Source: Sediminibacterium sp.
Lineage (GTDB): Bacteria > Bacteroidota > Bacteroidia > Chitinophagales > Chitinophagaceae
Reading direction: 5' to 3'
DNA length: 53,009 bases
Assembly: GCA_017996795.1 (NCBI GenBank)
Contig: JAGOGG010000001.1
Coordinates: 1-53,009, forward strand
Shown: positions 39,669-47,727 of the stretch, one piece after another
Layout of the letters: each line of letters opens with the position of its first letter
How positions within the stretch are numbered: the stretch's first letter is position 1
Notes under the pieces: model-generated
Seen by the model: only the letters and a program-made list of their open reading frames with translations
The model's database searches: none
What the model was told of the DNA's origin: nothing
Made by a program: the position numbers and the translations under genes

Positions 39669-40688
39669 TTAAAATTGTTTGAAAATCTCTTGCAGTTGCA
39701 CAAGTAATAGAGGTTGAACAACCCCCTTTCCTGTTTTTTGCAAAAGAATATAGTTAATAGAATCGTCTTGTCTTTTTTTATCTTTTAGTAAAACACGAAA
39801 AGCTTTCTTGGCATCAAAATCAGCTACAGTAGGCAACCCATATTGATGCAATAATTGAATGACTCTTTCTGCTTCTTTATAAAATTTTAACTGCTGAGAC
39901 ATTAATGCGGCATAAGTCATGCCAATGCTAATGGCTTCACCATGACTCAATTGATACATATTTTCAATTGCATGCCCAAGGGTATGGCCAAAATTCAACA
40001 ATTTTCTATCGCCTTTTTCAAACTCATCTTGCTGTACTACTTTTATTTTAATCAAAGCATTTCGCAGAATCAGTTTTGCCAATAAGGAAGGATTCTTTTT
40101 GTATGTAGGAATACTGTTTTGCTCTAATTCTATAAACATTTTTTGATCCTTAATACAAGCATGTTTAATGATTTCGGCAAATCCATTTTTCCATTCTGCT
40201 AGAGGCAATGTTTTTAATAAACTATAATCATAAATAAGAAAAGATGGTTGTCTAATCAAACCAACCATATTTTTGTACACCCCTACATCAATTCCGTTTT
40301 TACCGCCTATTGCTGCGTCTACCATAGCAAGAAGGGAAGTAGGAATATATCCTACTTTTATCCCTCGCATATAAATTCCAGCAACGTAACCAGTTAAATC
40401 GGTGATGACTCCTCCACCAAAACCTATTAAAGTTGTTTGCCTATCGGCACCCAATAAAATTAGTTGGTCAATTATTACATCAACTGTTTGTTGAACCTTA
40501 AATTGCTCTCCAGGCTTTAAAACAATGGTATTAAATCCTTTTAATTTTCGTTGATGTGCTTGAAACAAATTTTCATCTGTTACAATAATAGCTTTCTCTT
40601 TAGAAACCAATTTTTCTAGCAAGCTAAATGCTGCATCAAAATAAAAAAGAGTCTCTTTTCCAGAGAATAAAAAACGCTTCTTTTGCAT
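39669..40688 (-). CDS. aroB: 3-dehydroquinate synthase
   Basis: GGGVITD, PTSLLAMVDAAIGGKNG, LNFGHTLGHA, HGEA. Confidence 0.96.
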   Translation of the reverse strand: MQKKRFLFSGKETLFYFDAAFSLLEKLVSKEKAIIVTDENLFQAHQRKLKGFNTIVLKPGEQFKVQQTVDVIIDQLILLGADRQTTLIGFGGGVITDLTGYVAGIYMRGIKVGYIPTSLLAMVDAAIGGKNGIDVGVYKNMVGLIRQPSFLIYDYSLLKTLPLAEWKNGFAEIIKHACIKDQKMFIELEQNSIPTYKKNPSLLAKLILRNALIKIKVVQQDEFEKGDRKLLNFGHTLGHAIENMYQLSHGEAISIGMTYAALMSQQLKFYKEAERVIQLLHQYGLPTVADFDAKKAFRVLLKDKKRQDDSINYILLQKTGKGVVQPLLLVQLQEIFKQF

Positions 40689-40689
40689 A

Positions 40690-41775
40690 CTACGAATTCA
40701 TAATCTTATTTTGATGATTGATACTTTCCATATGTACCGCATCAAAATATTTAGTGATAAATTCTTGGCTTAATCCAAGCTGCCCTCCTTTTACAAAAGC
40801 ACGCTCTAATATGGCGTTCCAACGATTGGTTTGTAAAATGGTAATATTATTGTCTTTCTTGTATTGACCAATTTTATCTGCCACTTTCATTCGTTGTCCT
40901 AACAATTGCAATAACTCATCATCTAACTGATTAATCTGTGCACGCATTTTATCCATCTGAATATGCAACTCCTCAGAAATGATGTCTTCTTTACGCCAAA
41001 TCATTGCATCAATCATAGCCCCTAATACTGCTGGAGTAACTTGCTGTTTAGCATCACTCCATGCATTATCTGGATCAATATGACTCTCTATAATTAAACC
41101 ATCGAAATCTAAGTCAATTGCTTTTTGTGCAACTTCTTGTAGAATATCTCTTCTTCCACAAATATGGGAAGGATCATTAATCATGAGCATTTCAGGAAAC
41201 CTACGCTTCATTTCAATTGCTAAGTGCCACATAGGTGCATTTCGATATTCGGTATTTCCATAAGAACTAAATCCTCTATGGATTAACCCAATATTTTTAA
41301 TGCCGGCTTTCGCAACACGCTCGGCAGCACCAATCCATAATTCTAGGTCTGGATTAATGGGGTTCTTAATCAAAACTGGAACATCCACTCCTTTCAAAGC
41401 ATCTGCCACATCTTGAACGCTAAAAGGATTCACGGTTGTTCTTGCACCAATCCACAAGACGTCTACACCAAAATGTAAAGCATCTTCCACCTGCTTACCA
41501 GTGGCCACTTCAACTGCCACAGGTAAACCAGTTAACTCTTTTGCTTTTTGCAACCATGGTAACCCTTTTGTACCAACACCCTCAAAACTTCCCGGTCTGG
41601 TTCTTGGTTTCCAAATACCTGCTCGTAGAATATCTACTTTACCTGTTGCGGCAAGTTGGCTAGCAGTTGCTAAAACTTGTTCTTCGGTCTCTGCACTGCA
41701 TGGTCCGGAAATAATGAGTGGTCTTTTTGCAAGAATAGTGTTGATATTAGCTTCTTGCTGTAAGGTCTGTTCCAT
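40690..41775 (-). CDS. Bifunctional DAHP synthase / chorismate mutase
   Basis: GPCSAE, WKPRTRP, IGART, DPSH, then C-terminal AroQ-like RAQINQLD..LL..R..KK. Confidence 0.9.
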   Translation of the reverse strand: MEQTLQQEANINTILAKRPLIISGPCSAETEEQVLATASQLAATGKVDILRAGIWKPRTRPGSFEGVGTKGLPWLQKAKELTGLPVAVEVATGKQVEDALHFGVDVLWIGARTTVNPFSVQDVADALKGVDVPVLIKNPINPDLELWIGAAERVAKAGIKNIGLIHRGFSSYGNTEYRNAPMWHLAIEMKRRFPEMLMINDPSHICGRRDILQEVAQKAIDLDFDGLIIESHIDPDNAWSDAKQQVTPAVLGAMIDAMIWRKEDIISEELHIQMDKMRAQINQLDDELLQLLGQRMKVADKIGQYKKDNNITILQTNRWNAILERAFVKGGQLGLSQEFITKYFDAVHMESINHQNKIMNS

Positions 41776-41801
41776 ATACGTTTGATTGCTTGTTAATAAA
41801 A

Positions 41802-43511
41802 TTATCTGCGTCCTCCTCCACTATCTGCATCATTCATTCGAATGCTTCTTCCTTTGTACTTTTTACCATCCAAAGAACGAATCATTTGCTGCGCTGCAGT
41901 TTTCTCAATTTCAATCCAGCTATTCATGTCTTTCATATCAATACGACCCAATACTTCTTTCTTAAGATCGCTCATATCTAACACAAATTGCAAGAAGCTC
42001 GCCTTATAAAAACCATCTTTGGTTCCAAGGTTTACAAATAACCTACTGTAACCTCCGCCTGATTTATATTCTTTTCTGCTGTCACCACGGCCTGCATCTC
42101 TACCTGCATCTCTTCCGCTTTCTCTGCGTGCAGATCGATTGTCTCCACGGTCATTTGGCTCTCTCTTTGCACTTCTGTCACGCTCTCTAATATTTAAATC
42201 TTCAGAGTTTTCATAGTACTTTAAGAATCGATCAAACTCCATTGCTGCAACACGCTTTAATACGTCTTCTTTGCTTACTTCGGCAAATTTTTCTGCCAAC
42301 ATAGGAACATAGGTTTCGTAATCGCCATGACTAATATCTGCCGACAACAACTTATCCATAAAAGAGAAAAATTGTTTTCTACAAACATCTTTTCCTGAAG
42401 GAATATCTAATTTGCTGAAGTGACAATTATTGATTCTTTCAATCTGTTTAAGCTTGTAAGTTTCTTTAGCATGTACAATAGAAATACAAATTCCTTGATT
42501 TCCTGCTCTACCTGTACGTCCACTTCTATGTGTATAGATTTCTACGTCATCAGGTAATTCAAAATTGATTACATGGGTAATCCCTTGCACGTCAATACCT
42601 CTTGCCGCTACATCAGTTGCAATTAATAATTGGAGTGTTTTATCCCTGAACTGGCCCATCACTTTATCACGTTGGCCTTGTGTAAGATCACCATGCAACG
42701 CATCAATATCATACCCTTCTCTGGTTAAACGCTCAGAAATTTCTTGCGCGTCTAATTTTGTTCTGGTAAAAATAATTCCATAAATTCCTGGATTAAAATC
42801 GATGATACGCTTAAGCGTTTCGTAACGATGATGAGCAGTAGTAACATAGTACTGATGATCAATACTTTTGTTAGCAGTATTTACTTTACCAACCGTTACT
42901 TCTTTTGGATCTTTCATGTAACGCTTGCTCACTTTTCTAATTTCAGGTGGCATGGTTGCACTGAATAACCAAGTGCTGTTTCGTTGAGGAGTATTTTTCA
43001 AGATGAATTCAATATCATCTTGGAAACCCATGTTCAACATTTCATCTGCTTCATCTAATACAACATAACTAATTTGTTCTAGATTGATTGCCTTACGCTC
43101 AATCAAATCAATTAGTCTGCCTGGTGTAGCAACAACAATTTGTACGCCTCTTTTCAGATCACGGATCTGTAATCCAATGGAAGCTCCTCCATAAACTGCA
43201 ACAACCGAAATACCGGTCATATATTTCTTAAACAGCTCAATCTCTTTAACAATCTGCAAACACAATTCGCGTGTAGGACAAACCACCAATGCCTGTGGGT
43301 ACTTAGCTGCTGCGTCAATAATGTGTAACAAGGGTAAACCAAATGCTGCTGTTTTTCCCGTGCCGGTTTGCGCCAAACCGATAAAATCAGTCGTTCCGCT
43401 CAATAAGACCGGTATCGCCTGTTCCTGAATTGCCGTTGGGTTCACATACCCCAACTCTGTGGTTGCTTGAATTAAACGCTCGTCAATTCCCAACCCTTCA
43501 AATGTAATCAT
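41802..43511 (-). CDS. DEAD-box RNA helicase with DbpA-type C-terminal RNA-binding domain
   Basis: AQTGTGKT, PTREL, TPGR, DEAD, SAT, HRSGRTGR; C-terminal RLFVNLG. Confidence 0.95.
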   Translation of the reverse strand: MITFEGLGIDERLIQATTELGYVNPTAIQEQAIPVLLSGTTDFIGLAQTGTGKTAAFGLPLLHIIDAAAKYPQALVVCPTRELCLQIVKEIELFKKYMTGISVVAVYGGASIGLQIRDLKRGVQIVVATPGRLIDLIERKAINLEQISYVVLDEADEMLNMGFQDDIEFILKNTPQRNSTWLFSATMPPEIRKVSKRYMKDPKEVTVGKVNTANKSIDHQYYVTTAHHRYETLKRIIDFNPGIYGIIFTRTKLDAQEISERLTREGYDIDALHGDLTQGQRDKVMGQFRDKTLQLLIATDVAARGIDVQGITHVINFELPDDVEIYTHRSGRTGRAGNQGICISIVHAKETYKLKQIERINNCHFSKLDIPSGKDVCRKQFFSFMDKLLSADISHGDYETYVPMLAEKFAEVSKEDVLKRVAAMEFDRFLKYYENSEDLNIRERDRSAKREPNDRGDNRSARRESGRDAGRDAGRGDSRKEYKSGGGYSRLFVNLGTKDGFYKASFLQFVLDMSDLKKEVLGRIDMKDMNSWIEIEKTAAQQMIRSLDGKKYKGRSIRMNDADSGGGRR

Positions 43512-43528
43512 GTATTCTAAAATTTGTG

Positions 43529-43536
43529 CAAAGGTA
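43529..43536 (-). promoter_or_regulatory. Internal -7 promoter element upstream of the DEAD helicase
   Basis: TACCTTTG matches TAnnTTTG, followed by CAC, 17 nt before ATG 43511. Confidence 0.65.
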
Positions 43537-43562
43537 CTCTATATAGCTTTCTTTGCGGTGTT

Positions 43563-44402
43563 TTACTTAAGTATTCTCCTTATTCCATTGGCATTTTCAA
43601 TCAATTCGTGTAAATATTCGTAGTTCTCTTTTTCTAAACATGACTTGAATTTTCTCAATTGACTAATATGCTCATTTAACACGTCCAAAATATTGTCGCG
43701 ATTTTGCATAAAAATGGGAACCCACATAGCTGCATTACTCTTTGCAAGTCTAACAGTGCTCTCAAAACCACCACTTGCTAGTTCAAAAATGGCATCTTCT
43801 TCTCGCTCTTTCTCTAAAACAGTGTTCGCCAATGCAAAAGAAGTGATATGAGATATATGACTAATGTAAGCCACATGCATATCATGTGCAGTTGATTCCA
43901 TGTATAGAATATGCATTTCTAAAAGCGCATACAATTGCTCAACCATTTCTAAAGCATCTGCATCAGAATGTGTTTTATCGCAAATAACGGTTGCTTTTTT
44001 GCTGAATGCGCCCTTTATAGCAGCTGTTGGTCCACTATTTTCTGTTCCCCACATGGGGTGAGTTGCTACAAATCTTCCTCTTTTCGGATGATGTATAACC
44101 CTTTCAACAATCTTTGACTTGGTAGAGCCAACATCAAATACCACTTGATTAGTTACTTTATCTAAAATAACGGGCAACAGTTGTTCTGCTGCATTAATGG
44201 GTGTGGCAATAATGATTAAAGAAGATTGCTGGATTGCATCTGTTAAAGGCAAACATTCGTCTACCAAACCTAGTTCTATTGCCTTGCTTGCATGAGTTGG
44301 ATTTTCCTCTACTCCAATAACATGGGTAGCCAATCCCTTTTCACGAAGTGCAATGGAAAGAGATCCTCCTATTAATCCTATACCAATAATTGTAATAACC
44401 AT
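43563..44402 (-). CDS. tyrA: Prephenate dehydrogenase
   Basis: GIGLIGGS, DVGSTK, HPMWGTE, HD....ISHISH, GGFESTVRLA. Confidence 0.93.
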   Translation of the reverse strand: MVITIIGIGLIGGSLSIALREKGLATHVIGVEENPTHASKAIELGLVDECLPLTDAIQQSSLIIIATPINAAEQLLPVILDKVTNQVVFDVGSTKSKIVERVIHHPKRGRFVATHPMWGTENSGPTAAIKGAFSKKATVICDKTHSDADALEMVEQLYALLEMHILYMESTAHDMHVAYISHISHITSFALANTVLEKEREEDAIFELASGGFESTVRLAKSNAAMWVPIFMQNRDNILDVLNEHISQLRKFKSCLEKENYEYLHELIENANGIRRILK

Positions 44403-44411
44403 ATTCTTTTT

Positions 44412-45578
44412 TTAATTCGCTTTTTGAGCTTCTATTCGTTGGATGGCTTCCTCAAATTTGGTGATGCTTCCACATAAACTTACTCGGATATATTGGTTAC
44501 CAGCCGAACCAAAAATTCCTCCTGGGGTAATAAATACATTGCTTTTGTATAATACTTGATCACTCAACTCATACCCATCTTTTATGTTTTCAGAAATTTT
44601 TGCCCATACAAACATGCCAACTTGATTCATGCTGTATTTACATCCTAGTACATCAAGCAACTCAAATACTTTTTCTCTTCTTTTTGAATACACTTCGTTC
44701 ACCGAATGATACCAATCAGCTCCTAAACTTAAAGCGGCAACTGCAGCATGTTGAACAGGTAAAAACATACCACTGTCCATATTGCTTTTGAAAGTAAGAA
44801 CATCATTAATTCTCTCTTCGGCCCCACACAATGTTCCTATTCGCCACCCCGCCATATTTTGGCTTTTGCTTAGTGAATTTAATTCTATTGCAGTATCCAT
44901 TGCACCTGCTACACTAAGCAAGCTCATGGGTGCATCATTTAAAATAAAGCTGTACGGGTTATCATGACATATTAATATTTGGTGTTTCTTTCCAAATGCA
45001 ATCAACTTTTGAAATAATTCAATAGTTGGTTTTTTACCAGTAGGCATTTGAGGATAATTAACCCACATTAATTTTACTTTACTTAAATCACCTGCTTCTA
45101 ATTTGTCAAAATTGGGCTCCCAATTGCTCTCTTCTGTTAACTCAAAATAGACCGGTGTGCCTCCAGCCAACTTTACTGCGCTTGTATAAGTGGGGTAACC
45201 TGGATTGGGAATCAATGCCTGATCACCTTCGTTTAAATACGTCATACAGATATGCATAATTCCTTCTTTACTGCCCAACAAAGGCAATATTTCTGTATCG
45301 GGATTTAAATTAACTTGATACCAGTTTTGGTACCACCCTGCTATGGCATTTCTTAAAGCAGCAACTCCTTTATAAGATTGATAGGCATGTGTATTACTCA
45401 ATCCTGCTTGCTCTTGCAATACCTTAATTACTGATGGATGCGGGGGAAGATCTGGACTTCCAATTCCTAAATTGATGATATTTTTTCCAGCCTTATTGAG
45501 CTGTTCAATTTCTCTTAGCTTTTGTGAAAAATAATATTCCCCAATCCCTTCTAATCTTTTTGACTTTGCTATCTGCAT
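44412..45578 (-). CDS. PLP-dependent aminotransferase class I/II (probably aromatic/prephenate)
   Basis: LGIGSPD, GSKEG, PGYP.Y, DNPY, SLSKSQNMAGWR; position between pheA and tyrA. Confidence 0.9.
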   Translation of the reverse strand: MQIAKSKRLEGIGEYYFSQKLREIEQLNKAGKNIINLGIGSPDLPPHPSVIKVLQEQAGLSNTHAYQSYKGVAALRNAIAGWYQNWYQVNLNPDTEILPLLGSKEGIMHICMTYLNEGDQALIPNPGYPTYTSAVKLAGGTPVYFELTEESNWEPNFDKLEAGDLSKVKLMWVNYPQMPTGKKPTIELFQKLIAFGKKHQILICHDNPYSFILNDAPMSLLSVAGAMDTAIELNSLSKSQNMAGWRIGTLCGAEERINDVLTFKSNMDSGMFLPVQHAAVAALSLGADWYHSVNEVYSKRREKVFELLDVLGCKYSMNQVGMFVWAKISENIKDGYELSDQVLYKSNVFITPGGIFGSAGNQYIRVSLCGSITKFEEAIQRIEAQKAN

Positions 45579-45580
45579 AA

Positions 45581-46468
45581 TTATCCTTTTACCAGTTTTC
45601 CTTTTTTATATATTCCAAATAATTTTACATTATTCGTAAGCGATTCAATTTTTTTCATCATGCTTTCAAATTGTTTTAGCTGATCAAACTCCATATCGGC
45701 ATAAAAACCATACTTAAAATGGCTCCCAGGAATAGGCATACTTTGTAGCTTACTTAAATTAATTCCAGTTTTAGCAACTTCGGTGAGCACTTTTGCTAAA
45801 ATCCCTTTTGAATGATTGGTTTGAAAATAAATAGATGCTTTGTTGGCACCAATAATTGGCTGAGCTTCCTTGGTTCTTTGCAAGACTAAAAAGCGAGTGA
45901 TATTGTTTTTTTGTGTTTGAATATCGGGTGCTAAAATTTCTAGGTCAAATAGTTCGGCAGCCAGTTTACTTGCAATAGCTGCAATATGTTTACTCTTGTG
46001 CTGATGCACATTTTTAGCACTTAATGCGGTATCTTCTGTTTCAATTAATTTAAAAGGATGAGATTCTAAAAAATCTAGACATTGTAAAATAGCCATAGGA
46101 TGGCTATGCACTTCTTTAATGTCTGAAATCTTCACTCCTTTATTCACCAGTAAATTTTGACTAATGGATAAATACACTTCTCCTACAACCTTCAAATTTG
46201 CTTTTTGCAATAAATTATAATTAGGCAAAATGCTTCCAGCAATTGAGTTTTCAATAGCCATTACTGCACCTTTGGATGCTTGATCATCTAAAGCAAGTTT
46301 AATTAATTGCCTGAAAGATGCACAAGGAATTACTTCTACTTGTTTACCAAAAAAATGTCTAGCAGCTACTTGGTGGAAACTTCCTTCATATCCCTGAATA
46401 CAAATACCACTTGCTTGAGCAGGTAAGCTATTTTTTGGGGCGGTATCTCTTTTTTTTATTTTGTTCAT
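45581..46468 (-). CDS. pheA: Prephenate dehydratase with ACT domain
   Basis: IQGYEGSFH, AIENSIAG, SHPMA..QC, NITRF, NLSKLQS.P. Confidence 0.93.
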   Translation of the reverse strand: MNKIKKRDTAPKNSLPAQASGICIQGYEGSFHQVAARHFFGKQVEVIPCASFRQLIKLALDDQASKGAVMAIENSIAGSILPNYNLLQKANLKVVGEVYLSISQNLLVNKGVKISDIKEVHSHPMAILQCLDFLESHPFKLIETEDTALSAKNVHQHKSKHIAAIASKLAAELFDLEILAPDIQTQKNNITRFLVLQRTKEAQPIIGANKASIYFQTNHSKGILAKVLTEVAKTGINLSKLQSMPIPGSHFKYGFYADMEFDQLKQFESMMKKIESLTNNVKLFGIYKKGKLVKG

Positions 46469-46480
46469 TACTGTATAGAT

Positions 46481-46507
46481 AAAAAAAATCCCGGCTATTT
46501 GCCGGGA
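46481..46507 (-). terminator. Attenuator terminator upstream of pheA
   Basis: Minus strand UCCCGGC-AAAUA-GCCGGGA-U8, ending 12 nt before the pheA ATG. Confidence 0.88.
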
Positions 46508-46528
46508 CCTATATGTTGTTTAAAACTT

Positions 46529-46615
46529 TTATGCTTTTGCAAACTGGACCCGGCTCCTTTTCATAAAGAAGAAATAATAAAAAGAATAGAACCAGTTGTT
46601 AATTGCCGTTTGCAT
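46529..46615 (-). CDS. Aromatic amino acid operon leader peptide (28 aa)
   Basis: MQTAINNWFYSFYYFFFMKRSRVQFAKA*; 9 of codons 8-17 are Trp/Phe/Tyr; TATATTTG -7 box at 46623-46630; terminator/antiterminator downstream. Confidence 0.88.
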   Translation of the reverse strand: MQTAINNWFYSFYYFFFMKRSRVQFAKA

Positions 46616-46704
46616 TGTATTTCAAATATATGAATTGATTGGAAAGCAAAAAATTTATTTGACAAGTATTAAACTAAGGTTAGTTAGTTTTTATTCAGTA
46701 GGCT

Positions 46705-46740
46705 AAAAAAATAAGCCCCTCCGTGGAAACGGAGCGGCTT
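46705..46740 (-). terminator. Intrinsic terminator of the small lipoprotein transcript
   Basis: Minus strand AAGCCGCTCCGT-TTCC-ACGGAGGGGCTT-ATTTTTTT (one mismatch). Confidence 0.8.
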
Positions 46741-46832
46741 CTAACGATTGCTTGCCATATGAAATTTTTAAATCTGTTGTACGTTCTGCAAGCTAGACTT
46801 CACTGTTTCTCTTCACCAACAGATTGTTTAAA

Positions 46833-47012
46833 TTACTTCTTTGTGGTATCAACAGCAGGAGCAGCAGTAGTATCTACAGTTGCAGCAGCAGTATCAACAG
46901 TTGCAGCAGCAGTGTCAACAGTTGTTGCAGTAGTGTCAGCAGCAGCTTCTTTGTTTTCTCCAGCGCAAGATGCGAATACGCCTAATGCTAAAACGAATAA
47001 CAATTTTTTCAT
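46833..47012 (-). CDS. Small Ala/Thr/Asp-repeat lipoprotein (59 aa), not in ORF track
   Basis: MKKLLFVLALGVFASC-AGENKEAAADTTATTVDTAAATVDTAAATVDTTAAPAVDTTKK*; lipobox, A-rich upstream region, own terminator. Confidence 0.85.
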   Translation of the reverse strand: MKKLLFVLALGVFASCAGENKEAAADTTATTVDTAAATVDTAAATVDTTAAPAVDTTKK

Positions 47013-47044
47013 TTTTTTTCTTTTTTAGTTTGAATGATTACTGA

Positions 47045-47145
47045 TTAATACGCCAACGAGAAAAAGGTAACCCGAAGTTTCAAATTTTTTTTATAAAAAT
47101 ATTTAGGGCTATTTTGGGTTACTTTTAAGCCTATAACTGTATTAA
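47045..47145. promoter_or_regulatory. Divergent pair of ECF-type promoters GGGTTAC-N15/16-GTATTAA
   Basis: Minus: GGGTTAC(47073-47067)-N15-GTATTAA(47051-47045). Plus: GGGTTAC(47116-47122)-N16-GTATTAA(47139-47145). Confidence 0.7.
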
Positions 47146-47156
47146 AGGAACAGATA

Positions 47157-47723
47157 GTGAAAGGAGATACGAACGAACAAGCATTACTGAAGGGACTGGC
47201 TCACAATGATTCAAAAGCAGTCGAAATCATATATAAAGATAATTTTAATATGATTCAGGCTTTTGTTTTGAATAACAATGGGAGTTATGATGAAGCGAGG
47301 GATATTTTCCAAGAAGCAATGATTGCTTTATATGAAAAGTCTCAAACTGATTCATTCGTGCTGACTTGTCAAATTAAAACCTATTTGTATTCTGTTTGCA
47401 GAAGACTTTGGTTAAAAAGACTTCAACAAATGGGCAGGTTCACTGGTTCGGTTGATGGGTTTGAGGAAACTGTAGCCGTTGAGGAAGATTTAGAAACCCA
47501 TGAAAAGAGGAATGCAGAGTTTGTAATAATGGATCGGGCTTTAAATAGTTTAGGTGAACCTTGTAAAAGTTTACTTCAGGGTTATTATCTAAAGAAAATG
47601 GACATGAATGCGTTGGCTGCTGAATTTGGTTACACCAATGCAGACAACGCGAAAAACCAGAAATACAAGTGTTTGATGCGATTAAAGAAATTGTTCTTTT
47701 CGCAATATAATATTGGAGAGTAA
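47157..47723 (+). CDS. ECF RNA polymerase sigma factor
   Basis: DEARDIFQEAM, KTYLYSVCRRLW (region 2), LNSLGEPCKSLL..YY..A.EFGY..AKNQKYKC (region 4); GTG start. Confidence 0.92.
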   Translation: MKGDTNEQALLKGLAHNDSKAVEIIYKDNFNMIQAFVLNNNGSYDEARDIFQEAMIALYEKSQTDSFVLTCQIKTYLYSVCRRLWLKRLQQMGRFTGSVDGFEETVAVEEDLETHEKRNAEFVIMDRALNSLGEPCKSLLQGYYLKKMDMNALAAEFGYTNADNAKNQKYKCLMRLKKLFFSQYNIGE

Positions 47724-47727
47724 GTAT

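Noticed and set aside
46723-47028. 101-aa plus-strand ORF with VSTVAAA repeats
   Set aside because: Antisense shadow of the minus-strand lipoprotein, which has a lipobox, promoter and terminator.
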